Source: a candidate division WOR-3 bacterium
GTDB lineage: Bacteria; Hydrothermota; Hydrothermia; B15-G9; WFZT01
Length of the DNA stretch: 64,000 bases
Assembly (NCBI GenBank): GCA_027053075.1
Contig: JALUEE010000033.1
Coordinates: 32,001 to 96,000 of the forward strand
Reading direction: 5' to 3'
The position numbers and the translations under genes are program-made. Below are positions 49,717 to 60,701 of the stretch, piece by piece (positions within the stretch are counted from its first letter, which is position 1; the number at the start of each line of letters is the position of its first letter). A model generated the notes under the pieces. That model saw nothing but the letters and a program-made list of their open reading frames with translations. It made no database searches and was not told the DNA's origin.

Positions 49717-51819
49717 TTAGTCCTTTTTGATTTTCTTAACTCCGCCCTGAAGTGCGGCTTTGCGCGAAAGCTTTATCCTTCCAAGCTCATCAATATCAAT
49801 GACCTTAACGAGGACCTTATCACCAACTTTGAGGACATCCTCCACCTTTTTAACCCGTGTATTGGCAAGCTCTGAGATGTGAACCAGTCCTTCTTTACCA
49901 GGGAGAATTTCAACAAATGCACCAAATGGGGCAATCTTTGTAACCTTGCCAAGATAAACTGTGCCCACCTCAACTTCCTGAACAAGCTCACCAATCCTCT
50001 TCTTTGCCTCCTCAACCCCCTGGAGATTCTGCCCGGAAATCAGGACTTTGCCTGTTGTGTCTTCAATTTCAATCCTCGTATCCGTATCTTCCTGAATCTT
50101 CCTGATAGTTCTTCCACCAGGGCCTATAACCTCTCCGATCTTCTCACGTGGGATCCAGATAGCCGCTACCTTTGGAGCATATTTGGAGAGTTCTTTTCTT
50201 GGTGAACTTATTGTTGCATCCATTACGTCAAGAATGAAGTGTCTCGCCTTTTTCGCACGCTCGAAAGTATTTTTGATTATATCAAGGCCTATGCCTTTGA
50301 TCTTCAGGTCGAGCTGTATAGCAGTAATCCCATTCCGTGTACCTGCTACCTTGAAATCCATATCTCCATAATGGTCTTCAGCTCCGATGATGTCTGTGAG
50401 CAATTCATACTTATCCTCACCCTTCACAAGTCCGATGGAAATTCCAGCCACAGAGGTTTTAAGAGGCACGCCTGCATCCATCAGAGAAAGTGATGCACCA
50501 CAAACAGTTGCCATGGATGTGGAGCCGTTGGATTCAAGAATATCTGAGACTACCCTTATTGTATAGGGAAATTCATCCTCTGGTGGGATCAAATTGGCCA
50601 CTGCCTTCTCAGCCAGTGCGCCGTGACCTATTTCACGCCTTCCTGGACCTCTTAAAGGTTTAATCTCTCCCACTGAAAATGGTGGGAAATTGTAATGAAG
50701 CATAAAGCGTTTTTCTTCTTCAGGTTCAAGCTCTGAAAGACGCTGAACATCTTCTGATGTGCCAAGGGTCGTGACAACCAGTGCCTGGGTCTCCCCCCTT
50801 CTGAAAAGTGCAGACCCGTGAGTTCGGGGCAAAATTCCAATCTCCGCGGAGAGGGGCCTTATTTCATCAAACTTTCTACCATCAATTCGAGCGCCCTCTT
50901 CAAGCACCATGCGCCGCATGGTCTCGCGCTCTATCTCGTAAAGTGCACTCTCTATTTCGACCTTGCTGTCAGGAAATTCATCAGCCAGTGCCTCCTGAAC
51001 CTGCTTGTGGATTGAAGAAAGTGTCTCCTGACGCGTCTTCTTGTGTGCGATTCTCATTGCATTGCTGATTAATTCTCCAAACTGTTCCTTTATTCGGTTC
51101 TTCATCTCATCGGGTATAGGCAACACCGTTGGCTCTCTCTTCTCCACAGGTACAAGCTCCATCAGCTCCTTCTGAACATCAATCACCTGGTCAATGTAGG
51201 GCTGGGCAAACTCGATTGCCTTTAAAAGCAGGTCCTCTTCCACCTCTTTCCCTTCAAACTCTATCATGTGGACTTCACCATCGGATCCCACAAGGAGTAG
51301 GTCAAAGAGGCTATCATTCAGCTGGGTATTGGTTGGGTTAATGACAAATTCATCATTAATATACCCAACCCTGACCGCTCCAATGGGCCCTACGAATGGG
51401 ATAGGAGAGATGGAAAGTGCGGCACTTGCCCCGATAATACCGAGCAGATGCCCCTCGTTCTCCATATCATAGGAGAGGAGATAGGCAATTATCTCCACCT
51501 CATCCATCATCCCTTTGGGGAATCTTGGGCGAAGGGAGCGGTCAATAGCCCGGGAATAAAGAATTTCCCTCTCTCTTGGCTTTCCCTCTCTCTTAAAGTA
51601 ACCACCAGGAATTTTACCAGCTGCATAGGACTGCTCGCGATACTCCACAAGCAGTGGTAGAAAATCTCTCTTTTCCTCTGAAGGCTTGGATACAGCGGTA
51701 ACCAGGACCACTGTATCCCCGTATTGAACCATCACGGCCGCGTCGGCCTGCCTTGCGACCTTACCTGTTCTAATCTCTAATTTCCGCCCCCCTATCTCAG
51801 TTTCTACAATCTTCTCCAT
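49717..51819 (-). CDS. pnp: Polyribonucleotide nucleotidyltransferase
   Basis: Two RNase PH domains, RREIGHG, ESNGS, GDMDFKVAG, KH and S1 domains. Confidence 0.97.
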   Translation of the reverse strand: MEKIVETEIGGRKLEIRTGKVARQADAAVMVQYGDTVVLVTAVSKPSEEKRDFLPLLVEYREQSYAAGKIPGGYFKREGKPREREILYSRAIDRSLRPRFPKGMMDEVEIIAYLLSYDMENEGHLLGIIGASAALSISPIPFVGPIGAVRVGYINDEFVINPTNTQLNDSLFDLLLVGSDGEVHMIEFEGKEVEEDLLLKAIEFAQPYIDQVIDVQKELMELVPVEKREPTVLPIPDEMKNRIKEQFGELISNAMRIAHKKTRQETLSSIHKQVQEALADEFPDSKVEIESALYEIERETMRRMVLEEGARIDGRKFDEIRPLSAEIGILPRTHGSALFRRGETQALVVTTLGTSEDVQRLSELEPEEEKRFMLHYNFPPFSVGEIKPLRGPGRREIGHGALAEKAVANLIPPEDEFPYTIRVVSDILESNGSTSMATVCGASLSLMDAGVPLKTSVAGISIGLVKGEDKYELLTDIIGAEDHYGDMDFKVAGTRNGITAIQLDLKIKGIGLDIIKNTFERAKKARHFILDVMDATISSPRKELSKYAPKVAAIWIPREKIGEVIGPGGRTIRKIQEDTDTRIEIEDTTGKVLISGQNLQGVEEAKKRIGELVQEVEVGTVYLGKVTKIAPFGAFVEILPGKEGLVHISELANTRVKKVEDVLKVGDKVLVKVIDIDELGRIKLSRKAALQGGVKKIKKD

Positions 51820-51820
51820 T

Positions 51821-52090
51821 TTAACCTCTTATCCCCAGTTTCTTGAGAACTTCCTGATACTTCACGAAATTCTCCCTCTTCAAATACCTGAGCAGTCTCT
51901 TCCTCTTTCCAACCAGTTTGATTAGTCCATACCTTGAATGGACATCTTTGCGATGTTTTTTAAGGTGCTCTGTAATCTGCTTAATTCTTTCTGTTAGAAG
52001 AGCGATCTGAACCTCAGGTGAACCTGTGTCCCCCTCAAATCTCTGCCATTCCTTGATAATTTTTTGTTTGTCTTCTTTCTCAAGTGCCAT
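51821..52090 (-). CDS. rpsO: 30S ribosomal protein S15
   Basis: [19 protein letters not shown]. Confidence 0.97.
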   Translation of the reverse strand: MALEKEDKQKIIKEWQRFEGDTGSPEVQIALLTERIKQITEHLKKHRKDVHSRYGLIKLVGKRKRLLRYLKRENFVKYQEVLKKLGIRG

Positions 52091-52101
52091 GCTAAAACCT
52101 C

Positions 52102-52548
52102 CTATTTTTTCTTAACTTCAACCTTTAGCTCGACTTCGACCTCAGGATGAAGTTTAATTGGCACATAATGGGTTCCAAGTGACTTAATAGGCTCTTCAAG
52201 TTTAATCATTCCTTTCTCCACCTCAGTTATGCCTTTCTTTCTCAGGGCTGAGAGAATGTCAACTGAGCTTACCGCACCAAAAAGCTTGTCTTCCTCACCA
52301 GTTTTTACCTCGATGGTTAGAGAAGTATTTTTGATTTTGTTTGCAAGTTTTTCCGCCTTCCTTTTTGCTCTCTCTGCCTTCATTGTAAGGAGTTTCTGCT
52401 CGTTCTCAAAAGCCTTGATATTGGATGGTGTAGCAGGGATTGCAAGCTTTTTCGGGATCAGGTAGTTTCTTGCAAATCCATCGGAAACGTTGACCACATC
52501 TCCTCTTTTACCAACTCTATCCACGTCTTCTCTAAGAATTACTTTCAT
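52102..52548 (-). CDS. rplI: 50S ribosomal protein L9
   Basis: [17 protein letters not shown]; start moved to ATG 52548. Confidence 0.96.
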   Translation of the reverse strand: MKVILREDVDRVGKRGDVVNVSDGFARNYLIPKKLAIPATPSNIKAFENEQKLLTMKAERAKRKAEKLANKIKNTSLTIEVKTGEEDKLFGAVSSVDILSALRKKGITEVEKGMIKLEEPIKSLGTHYVPIKLHPEVEVELKVEVKKK

Positions 52549-52561
52549 ATCTCCACTCCGT

Positions 52562-52792
52562 TTAGATGTAATAGGCTTCGACAAACGGCAGAAGAGCCAT
52601 TATCCTTGCCCTTTTAATAGCACGTGAAAGCTGACGCTGATGATAGGCACATGTGCCTGTGGTTCTGCGTGAGAGAATCTTACCCCTTGCTGTGAGGTAT
52701 TTTCTTAATCTCTCAACGTCCTTGTAATCAATCTCTTTGATTCCTTCTCTGCAAAATTCACAGCTATTTTTTCTAATCTTGTTTTTTGCCAT
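52562..52792 (-). CDS. rpsR: 30S ribosomal protein S18 (Zn-binding type)
   Basis: CEFC..IDYKD..CAYHQR..AIKRAR. Confidence 0.96.
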   Translation of the reverse strand: MAKNKIRKNSCEFCREGIKEIDYKDVERLRKYLTARGKILSRRTTGTCAYHQRQLSRAIKRARIMALLPFVEAYYI

Positions 52793-52807
52793 GGTAAAGC
52801 ACCTCCT

Positions 52808-53236
52808 TTAAAAGGGTAAGTCGTCCTCGTTGGGCTGGGTCTCAGGTGGAATCTCATCAGATATCGGCTCGTAAGTTTCACCCTGGACACCCATTTTCTC
52901 AAGCATCTGAACAGTTCTTGCAATCACCTCAATGGTTTTCCTCTTCTGACCCATGCTGTCTTCCCACGTTCTTGATTGAAGTCTTCCCTCAACCACAACG
53001 GGACTTCCTTTTGTAAGTTTATCGTTAATACGTTCCGCCAGTGCACCCCAGGCAGTCACGTTGATAAAGAGAGTGTCTTCCTGCCATTCTCCTGCCTGAT
53101 TTTTATAGTTTCTTGAGACTGCCAGTCCGAATTTACACACCGCGCGACCGCTTGGTGTATATCTCAATTCAGGATTGGCAGTCAAACGTCCTGAAAGGAT
53201 TACAAGGTTGATACTTGGGACTTTAATATCAGCCAT
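52808..53236 (-). CDS. ssb: Single-stranded DNA-binding protein
   Basis: GRLTANPELRYT, VEGRL, C-terminal DDLPF. Confidence 0.96.
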   Translation of the reverse strand: MADIKVPSINLVILSGRLTANPELRYTPSGRAVCKFGLAVSRNYKNQAGEWQEDTLFINVTAWGALAERINDKLTKGSPVVVEGRLQSRTWEDSMGQKRKTIEVIARTVQMLEKMGVQGETYEPISDEIPPETQPNEDDLPF

Positions 53237-53535
53237 TATTTAACTTCACCCCTCTTGATTATCATGCCCCTCATGAGGTTTTTATTGAATCTAAACTCCT
53301 TACGAAGGGCATCTGGTAGGGAAGGCTCGCCGGTGAAGTAATACACGGCGTAATAGCCTTCGTTCTTTTTATTTATCGGGTAGGCAAGCTGTCTTTTACC
53401 CCATTCGTCGATCTTTTCCAGCTCTCCACCATTTTCCTCGATGATATTTTTGAGTGTATTGATTGTGTTACCAATCTCTTCATCTGGTATATCCGGGTCA
53501 ATTATGACCATCATTTCATAGCTTCTCTTCCTCAT
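53236..53535 (-). CDS. rpsF: 30S ribosomal protein S6
   Basis: YEMMVIIDP..WGKRQLAYPI.K..EGYY. Confidence 0.96.
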   Translation of the reverse strand: MRKRSYEMMVIIDPDIPDEEIGNTINTLKNIIEENGGELEKIDEWGKRQLAYPINKKNEGYYAVYYFTGEPSLPDALRKEFRFNKNLMRGMIIKRGEVK

Positions 53536-53605
53536 TTTACCTCCTTGGACCTGATTTTTTTGTTTTAATCAGGGACGCCTGCGCTTATGGAGGCGTCTTC
53601 TGATT
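53536..53605 (-). promoter_or_regulatory. Structured rpsF leader, candidate S6:S18 autoregulatory RNA
   Basis: Stems GACGCCT/AGGCGTC and CCTGATT/AATCAGG, then TCCA-AGGAGG; an upstream CCTCC can pair with the SD. Confidence 0.45.
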
Positions 53606-53648
53606 GGGTTCTTATATTATTTTAAGTGCTGATAATTTTCAAGTTTAG

Positions 53649-53677
53649 GGGGCGGAGGCGCGAAGCGCCTCCGCCCC
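53649..53677. repeat. Perfect GC-rich hairpin with GAA triloop
   Basis: GGGGCGGAGGCGC-gaa-GCGCCTCCGCCCC just after the hppA stop. Confidence 0.8.
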
Positions 53678-53685
53678 ACTAAATC

Positions 53686-55746
53686 CTAAAATACTATTCC
53701 TCTCAACCAAACAATAAACGGTGCAAAAACCAGTGATACAATAGCCATCAGCTTCAGCAAGATGTTCAATGAAGGACCGGCTGTATCCTTGAATGGGTCT
53801 CCTACAGTGTCTCCTTCAACTGAAGCCTTATGGGCATCTGAGCCCTTTCCACCGCGGTTTCCAGCTTCAATCCACTTTTTCGCGTTGTCCCATGCAGCCC
53901 CTGCATTTGCCATGAAGATTGCAAGAGGAACACCCACTGCAAGTGAACCGGCAAGGAATCCACCAAGCGACTCAAGGCCGAGGATAAATCCAACTACGAG
54001 AGGCGTAAAGAAGGCGACTACACCGGGAGTGATCATTTCTTTCAATGCGCCCTTTGTAGTAATATCCACAATCTTTGCATAATCAGCTCTCACACCTTCC
54101 TTACCTTCGAGAAGTCCTGGGATCTCTCTCCACTGACGGCGAACTTCCTCAACCACATACTGGGCTGTCCTTCCCACTGCTTTCATCACCGCAGCAGAGA
54201 AGTAGAAGGGGATCACTGCGCCTATGAAGATTCCTGTAATTACGCGGGCGTCAAGAATATCAAGCACGAACTTCGATACATGTAAAACATTCTGAGCATT
54301 CTGGGAGAATGCGGCAAATAGAGCAAGTGCTGTCAGTGCAGCAGAGCCAATGGCAAATCCTTTACCGATTGCGGCAGTTGTATTACCCGCAGCATCGAGC
54401 TCATCGGTAATTGCCCTGACTTCACTCGGCAGTCCTGCCATCTCTGCAATACCACCTGCATTGTCAGCTATTGGACCGTAGGCATCCACAGAAACTGTAA
54501 TTCCTGTAATGGAAAGCATTCCTATTCCTGCAAGGGCCACACCGTAGAATCCAGAAAGTCCCGCTGCGTTTCCTACATAGAAAGCCACATAGATGGATAT
54601 CGCGATAGCGATTAGAGGAACTACCGTACTCATCATTCCAGTTGCAAGGCCGGCGATAATGTTGGTTGCAACTCCAGTCTCAGAAGCCTCTGCAATAGCC
54701 TCTATTCTTTTACCTGTTGTATAAAATTCTGCGACATATCCGATCAATATACCGGTTGCTAATCCAAAGAGCACAGCCCAGAAAAGGATAAATCCTCCCA
54801 TCACGTATTTGATGGCGATAGCGGCACCCACAGCAAAAAATATTCCGGCGAACACGGTAGTTCTGAGCAATGCACCCTGTGGATTGGATTTAACCCCTTT
54901 GATAAAGTAGATTCCAAATATAGAGGCCAGAATACCAATAGATGCGAGGATAAATGCAAGTGCTACTCCTTTTGTGCTTCCAAGTGTTGCTGCGATAACC
55001 ACAGCTGAAAGAATTGATCCCACATAAGATTCGTAGAGATCAGCACCCATTCCGGCATCATCACCAACGTTGTCACCGACATTGTCCGCAATAACTGCAG
55101 GATTACGAGGGTCGTCTTCTGGTATGCCTGCCTCAACCTTACCCACGAGATCAGCTCCGACATCAGCGGCCTTGGTATAAATTCCACCACCGACCCTTGC
55201 GAAAAGGGCCACACTGGATGCTCCCATAGAGAATCCTGCGAGGACTGTTGCAGCAGCGGAGTTGGTCTTAAAAATAGCAAGGAATATGATATAAAGAATG
55301 GAAAGCCCCAGAAGTCCGAGACCGGCCACAGACATCCCCATGACCGTTCCACCATAGAAAGCTAAGGCAAGGGCCTCTGAAAAACCCCGTTTCATAGCGG
55401 CAGCAGCAGTTCTTGCATTTGAGCTCGTAGCTACTTTCATTCCGAAGTAACCAGCCGTAAGAGAAAGCGTTGCTCCCACGAGATAGGCGATAGCTGTGGC
55501 AAGAGCCATGGAGAATCCAAGCTGAGCGCTAAGACCAATCAAAAGGAGAATTACCACAACAACGATAAATATGCTGATGGAGCGGTATTCTCTTCCAAGA
55601 AAAGCCATTGCGCCTTCCTGAATGTATCCCATTATCTGGCGCATTTTCTCTGTACCAGCATCCTTGGATGTCACAAGCTTTGCCATATAAAAGGCAAAAA
55701 GTATCGCAATTACAGCTGCTATAGCCGCAATCCAGAATGGACCCAT
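53686..55746 (-). CDS. hppA: Membrane-bound pyrophosphatase, K+-dependent, probably Na+-translocating
   Basis: [45 protein letters not shown] (Ala = K+-dependent); DLYES Glu position as in Na+-PPases. Confidence 0.93.
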   Translation of the reverse strand: MGPFWIAAIAAVIAILFAFYMAKLVTSKDAGTEKMRQIMGYIQEGAMAFLGREYRSISIFIVVVVILLLIGLSAQLGFSMALATAIAYLVGATLSLTAGYFGMKVATSSNARTAAAAMKRGFSEALALAFYGGTVMGMSVAGLGLLGLSILYIIFLAIFKTNSAAATVLAGFSMGASSVALFARVGGGIYTKAADVGADLVGKVEAGIPEDDPRNPAVIADNVGDNVGDDAGMGADLYESYVGSILSAVVIAATLGSTKGVALAFILASIGILASIFGIYFIKGVKSNPQGALLRTTVFAGIFFAVGAAIAIKYVMGGFILFWAVLFGLATGILIGYVAEFYTTGKRIEAIAEASETGVATNIIAGLATGMMSTVVPLIAIAISIYVAFYVGNAAGLSGFYGVALAGIGMLSITGITVSVDAYGPIADNAGGIAEMAGLPSEVRAITDELDAAGNTTAAIGKGFAIGSAALTALALFAAFSQNAQNVLHVSKFVLDILDARVITGIFIGAVIPFYFSAAVMKAVGRTAQYVVEEVRRQWREIPGLLEGKEGVRADYAKIVDITTKGALKEMITPGVVAFFTPLVVGFILGLESLGGFLAGSLAVGVPLAIFMANAGAAWDNAKKWIEAGNRGGKGSDAHKASVEGDTVGDPFKDTAGPSLNILLKLMAIVSLVFAPFIVWLRGIVF

Positions 55747-55748
55747 AT

Positions 55749-56327
55749 CTATACCTCCCTGTTAATTTTTTTCGAATTTATAAAATTTATTGCCTTCATC
55801 GGGGATTCCTCAACGTAAATTTTTATCCCCTCATATCCAACCGGGAAAACTTCGGTGCGCAGCACCTCAATTTCCTCGTTAGTAAACTCGCTCAAAACGT
55901 AGTCCCTGAGCCTTAAACCTTCAGGCCGTCCGATGCCAATCCTGAGACGAGGTACCTCTTCCGTTCCAAGCTCCATAATCACTGACGCAAGTCCATTATG
56001 AGACCCCGCTGAACCCTTTAATCTTAACCTCAGCCTGCCAAAAGGTAAATCGGCATCATCCAGAACAACGAGCATCGACTCCAGGTTATTTATTCCATAC
56101 TGTTCCACAATCTGTTTTACGGCGATTCCGGAAAGATTCATAAAAGTCGTGGGTTTAACCAGCACAAATCTTTCGCCTTCGCCAATGTAAAAATCACCTC
56201 GTCCCGGCTTAAATTTAATTTCTTCTCTGTAAGCAACGTAATCAAGAAAGAGCCATCCCGCATTATGGCGGGTGTATGCATATTCGCTTCCAGGATTGCC
56301 AAGTCCAATAACGAAGAGTCTATCCAA
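55749..56327 (-). CDS. pth: Peptidyl-tRNA hydrolase
   Basis: [34 protein letters not shown]. Confidence 0.96.
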   Translation of the reverse strand: MDRLFVIGLGNPGSEYAYTRHNAGWLFLDYVAYREEIKFKPGRGDFYIGEGERFVLVKPTTFMNLSGIAVKQIVEQYGINNLESMLVVLDDADLPFGRLRLRLKGSAGSHNGLASVIMELGTEEVPRLRIGIGRPEGLRLRDYVLSEFTNEEIEVLRTEVFPVGYEGIKIYVEESPMKAINFINSKKINREV

Positions 56328-56960
56328 TTACTCCTTCTTCTCTTCCTCAGCTTCTGCTGCACCTTCCTCGGTGGCCGCTTCTTCTGTAACCTCTTCCTCA
56401 ACCACTCCCTTCTTGGGTGCAAGCACTGTCACAATTGGTGTATCAGGTGGCTCGAGAATTTCAATATCCGGGTCGAGCCCAAGGTCTTTTATGTGGATAG
56501 AATCTCCAATTCCCAGATCAGAAATATCTACCTCAATGTGAGGGATAGACTTACTCGGCACTACATAGATGGTGAGTTCTCTTGTGATGTGCTCTACCAG
56601 TCCACCAAGTTTCTCGCCCTTTGCCTCGCCTTTGAGGATCACAGGAACCGTGAGCTCGATCTTTTCACCAGCGTAAGCAATCTGGAAATCCACATGCAGG
56701 GGTTTGCCGTAAAGTGGATCCCGCTGGATCTCTTTGATAAATACCTGCTTCTCTTCACCGTCCAGCTTCACTGTAATGAGCTGAGTCTCTCCATGGATTT
56801 CTGCGAGAAAGTGCTGGAAATCCTTAAGATTAACCTTCACGGGATAGTTTTCACCAGCGTGTCCGTAGATGACACCGGGAATATATCCGCTCCGTCTTAG
56901 CTTTTTAACTCTGGAAGTGCCGAACTCTTCCCGCTTTTCAACCTTCAATACTCTTGCCAT
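56328..56960 (-). CDS. rplY: 50S ribosomal protein L25/Ctc
   Basis: LRRSGYIPGVIYG, HVDF, TL5-type C-terminal domain. Confidence 0.95.
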   Translation of the reverse strand: MARVLKVEKREEFGTSRVKKLRRSGYIPGVIYGHAGENYPVKVNLKDFQHFLAEIHGETQLITVKLDGEEKQVFIKEIQRDPLYGKPLHVDFQIAYAGEKIELTVPVILKGEAKGEKLGGLVEHITRELTIYVVPSKSIPHIEVDISDLGIGDSIHIKDLGLDPDIEILEPPDTPIVTVLAPKKGVVEEEVTEEAATEEGAAEAEEEKKE

Positions 56961-56978
56961 TTATTTCTACCTCCTATA

Positions 56979-57917
56979 TTAGATGAATACTTGACTTACG
57001 GACCTTTCTTCGTGGATTCTCAAGATGACATCCGCAAGTAATTCTCCGATTGAAAGGGAAACTGCCTTCTCGGGCCAGTTATCCCCTCTGGGTAACGTAT
57101 TGGTTACCCAGACTCTCTCAATGGGGCTCTCATCAATAATCGACTTTGCCCCTTTAGAAAAAACACCATGTGTTGCAATTGCACATATATCAACGGCTCC
57201 CTTCTCTCTGAGGGCCACGGCTGCTTTTGCAAGGGTGTTACCCGTGTCTATAATGTCATCCACCAGCACAACCCTTTTCCCCTCAACCTCACCGATGATG
57301 TGGACAACTTCGGCCACGTTGGGCTGAGGCCTTCTTTTATCTATCAAAGCAAGCTGGAGGTTACCCAGCCTTTTTGCCACGGCCCGCGCCCTTTTCACAC
57401 CACCTACATCAGGTGAAACCACAATATGTGTCTCCGGTGAAAGCTGGGTGATGTATCTTCTGAAAACAGGGGTCGGAAAAATATTATCCACAGGCACATC
57501 AAAAAAGCCCTGTATCTGCTCAGAATGAAGATCGATGGTCAAAACCCTATTTGCTCCTGCGCGCTCAATAAGATTTGCCACGAGCTTGGCCGATATAGGG
57601 ACTCTCGGCTGATCTTTCCTGTCCTGCCTCGCATATCCAAAATAAGGAATGACAGCAGTTATCCTCGCCGCTGAGGCCCTCTTTGCGGCATCAATCAAAA
57701 GCAGGAGCTCCATCAAATTGTCAGCAGGCGGGTTGGTTGACTGAATGATAAAAACATCGTGCCCACGTATATTCTCTTTGATCTGGACCTTTATCTCACC
57801 GTCGTTGAAGCGCGAAACCTCAAGCTCAGTTGGCCTGATATCCAGAAACCTCGCAATTTCTTCTTTCAAATACTTCGAAACATTCCCTGATAATAACTTA
57901 ATATCTCCTCGCATCAT
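56979..57917 (-). CDS. prs: Ribose-phosphate pyrophosphokinase
   Basis: FNDGEI, YARQDRK, DLHSEQIQGFF, VDDIIDTGNT. Confidence 0.96.
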   Translation of the reverse strand: MMRGDIKLLSGNVSKYLKEEIARFLDIRPTELEVSRFNDGEIKVQIKENIRGHDVFIIQSTNPPADNLMELLLLIDAAKRASAARITAVIPYFGYARQDRKDQPRVPISAKLVANLIERAGANRVLTIDLHSEQIQGFFDVPVDNIFPTPVFRRYITQLSPETHIVVSPDVGGVKRARAVAKRLGNLQLALIDKRRPQPNVAEVVHIIGEVEGKRVVLVDDIIDTGNTLAKAAVALREKGAVDICAIATHGVFSKGAKSIIDESPIERVWVTNTLPRGDNWPEKAVSLSIGELLADVILRIHEERSVSQVFI

Positions 57918-57944
57918 GGAAAAAATCTCCCTGGAAGTGCCTTA

Positions 57945-57973
57945 ATTTTAATTGTAGTGGTAGGTTAAATCAA
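57945..57973 (-). promoter_or_regulatory. Promoter of prs-rplY-pth-hppA
   Basis: TTGATT-17-TAAAAT. Confidence 0.6.
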
Positions 57974-59826
57974 TATTTGATGAATCTGGTAAATTTTTTA
58001 TCCACCTTCAGGAAATAAACACCTGGGGCAAGGTGAGAAACATCTATTTGCCGCGTCATTCCGTTTGCAGAAATCAATCGCCTGCCATTTGATGAATAGA
58101 CAGCAGGATTTTTTACCGGATATCTAAATAAAATGGCATTTCTCACAATGTTACTGATTAGTGGATGAAAGGTATTTTGTCTTTCTTCAACCGAAACAGA
58201 TTGGGAACCATAGAAGATTTCCACAAACTCGTAAATATATGCATGGGTGGAATCAGCATCGCTCATCTCAGAAATACCGAGAAAATTGCCGTTACCATTA
58301 AATTCCACACTCCCGGGGGTTGCATCATGCCAGTCAACCACGCTCCAGGACCCCGTGCTTGAAGCATTTCCGTTAAAATCCACCCGCTCGTAAGCATGCC
58401 CCCTCGCCACTGAAACAGTAGGTCCATCAACAGTATCACCGTCAGCGTTCACCAGTGTGAAGGTTTCTCCTCCATTAATTTTTGGTATACTGCCTCCAGA
58501 ATTGATATACACAACGTTTTCCGATAGAGTAACTCCCCAGAAACTCTCAAAATCACTTTTGTTGGTATCCCTTGCGATAATCAAAACAGAATTGTACGGA
58601 AGCTCTACATTACCGAAGATGTACTCGATATGACTGTTTTCCTGAATTAATCTCCAGTTCTCAAGATTCAGGTTCCCACTTGGATATCCGGTGACATACT
58701 GGAAGGTATCGCTCAGGACAACGCCACTGTCCACTTTGTAAGCCTTGACGAAAAAGTTCACTGTATCAGGTGAGCCTGTGGGAGGAATGACAAATTTTGC
58801 TGTACTTGAATCAGACCAGAATGACGGCTCTCGCACCCAGCTTGTTCCATCAAAAGTGTAAAAAATAGTATCAGCGACACTTAAAAAGTTGTAATTGGCC
58901 GTGACAATCACACTATCCTCTGGAGTTGGGCTCAAGGGAGTGAAAGTAACCGTTATCAGATCATTTGATTCGCTTGCAAGCCAGAGGGTTGTATTCAGAA
59001 TAGCGTAATTATTTTGCACTCCACTCTCGTTCCACCCATCATATAAATGGTTACCAGGGTTGCCTGTACCGTCATCGGCAGGTGAACTATCGGTAAGTCC
59101 GGCAATCTTTCCATTACCATAACTACCTGTTGTGAGAAAAACATAGGTGGTGCCCTGAGAGGCGTCGCTCTTCCAGACATGGCCTTGAAGAGTGGGATTA
59201 ATAGACCTCCGAAGTGTCATCACAGTAGCAGCATAAAATGACATGCCGTGAACTGTTCCAACAGGGCCGTTGGTTATAGGGTCATCCGGAGCTGTGGATA
59301 CATTGAATGTCCTATCACTTACTGAATTTGCTGGATCACCGGTGACGTTAAAATGTATCCCAAAATAATCCTCAAATAGATTCCAGATGTGCGGTGAATC
59401 CCACCCATTTCCGTTCCTATCAGATGCGTTGTGGTCAGCAACCATGAAAAGTGCCCCGCCATTCCTCACATACTGGAGGATAGCGTTCATCTCTTCACTT
59501 GAAAATGGGACCTGGGGCTCGCAAACCACGAATACGTCAAAATTTGACAGATCAAGGTCGTTTGTAGGGTCATTGTATGTAATCCTTCCCCAGGGCGGAA
59601 GTGTAACGACTTCGTGGCCCATGGAATGGAGATCAAATCCCCAATCAGAGATTCCACCGATCCAGTCATCACCATTTGATGGATTTGGCGGCTGAGGATA
59701 GGGGAAATCATTATCTATCATCCAGTCCGCGTTGCCCGCATCTTCTTCCTTGGTCATGTCAAAGAGTATCCTTGCGGGGAACGCCTGTCCGACGACTAAA
59801 ACAAATATTAGTAGCAACTTCTTCAT
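57970..59826 (-). CDS. Secreted protein: class-I GATase-like/DUF4350-type domain, Ig-like domain, lamin-tail-like domain, T9SS-type CTD
   Basis: Signal peptide; ILFD...AGNADW, LSNFDVFVVCEP, YVRNGGALF..ADH..SDR; C-terminal Y.SNGR..LAPGVYF. Confidence 0.7.
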   Translation of the reverse strand: MKKLLLIFVLVVGQAFPARILFDMTKEEDAGNADWMIDNDFPYPQPPNPSNGDDWIGGISDWGFDLHSMGHEVVTLPPWGRITYNDPTNDLDLSNFDVFVVCEPQVPFSSEEMNAILQYVRNGGALFMVADHNASDRNGNGWDSPHIWNLFEDYFGIHFNVTGDPANSVSDRTFNVSTAPDDPITNGPVGTVHGMSFYAATVMTLRRSINPTLQGHVWKSDASQGTTYVFLTTGSYGNGKIAGLTDSSPADDGTGNPGNHLYDGWNESGVQNNYAILNTTLWLASESNDLITVTFTPLSPTPEDSVIVTANYNFLSVADTIFYTFDGTSWVREPSFWSDSSTAKFVIPPTGSPDTVNFFVKAYKVDSGVVLSDTFQYVTGYPSGNLNLENWRLIQENSHIEYIFGNVELPYNSVLIIARDTNKSDFESFWGVTLSENVVYINSGGSIPKINGGETFTLVNADGDTVDGPTVSVARGHAYERVDFNGNASSTGSWSVVDWHDATPGSVEFNGNGNFLGISEMSDADSTHAYIYEFVEIFYGSQSVSVEERQNTFHPLISNIVRNAILFRYPVKNPAVYSSNGRRLISANGMTRQIDVSHLAPGVYFLKVDKKFTRFIKY

Positions 59827-59849
59827 GATAGGGGGTCAATTTTAAGGGA

Positions 59850-60701
59850 TTACACCTCCACATTCAAAAGACGACGCGCAAGAACTCCAATAACGAAGGA
59901 AACAAGGGCGACGCCAAAACTGATTAATAGCATCTCGGCGAAGAGTTTGCCAAAATCTTCTTCTTTGACCACTGAAACAAAAAACGTGAAAAGGAGAATT
60001 ACAACGAAGGCATCAAATAAGGACCAAAGCAGCGCAAAATAGGCGTTGTGAATGAGGAAAAAAGGCAATATCAAAAGAGCCACTGTGATAATGTAGGCTA
60101 TGCCTGTATAAATGGCGGCCTTTGCAGGGCTTTTACCGGACTTCTCTGATTTCTCGGAGAGGTATTCCGAGGCGGCCATAGAAAGGGACGCTGCGATACC
60201 CGTGATCAATCCAGCAATCCCCACAATACTTGTATTCCTCAGGGCAAACGTAAGACCTGCAAGAGTCCCTGTTAGCTCCACAAGTGCATCGTTCAGCCCA
60301 AGAACCATGGAGCCAATGTAACCGATCCTCTCTTCTTCAAGCATGGCAATGAGCCTGTCTTCGTGAGTCTGCTCCTCCTGTAGCATCTTTTTCGCCTCCG
60401 GTACCTCATCGAGAACGGACTCGTATCCCACCTCGGCCTTTTTCTCGGATAACTCCATCATTTTGACCACAAACGTATAGCCCAGTATCAGGGCCAGCAA
60501 CTTCATAAACAGTGTGCTAAAGAAAGGCGGTTTTACATCCTCCCCGGTGTATTTTCTGAGTATCCTGTAGTGATTCAACTCCTCCTGCGCTATTCTATCG
60601 AGTATCCTGGAATTTTTCTCATCGGCGTGTTGAGCGAGGAACTTATAAATCACATGGCCCTGAATCTCAGCCTTCTGGAATTTCAAAAGCACATCTTTCA
60701 T
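59850..60701 (-). CDS. Ferritin/rubrerythrin-like domain fused to VIT1/CCC1 transporter
   Basis: ExxH-type diiron motifs (EELNHY, EEQTHE); GLNDALVE..SMAASEYLS VIT1 motifs. Confidence 0.9.
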   Translation of the reverse strand: MKDVLLKFQKAEIQGHVIYKFLAQHADEKNSRILDRIAQEELNHYRILRKYTGEDVKPPFFSTLFMKLLALILGYTFVVKMMELSEKKAEVGYESVLDEVPEAKKMLQEEQTHEDRLIAMLEEERIGYIGSMVLGLNDALVELTGTLAGLTFALRNTSIVGIAGLITGIAASLSMAASEYLSEKSEKSGKSPAKAAIYTGIAYIITVALLILPFFLIHNAYFALLWSLFDAFVVILLFTFFVSVVKEEDFGKLFAEMLLISFGVALVSFVIGVLARRLLNVEV

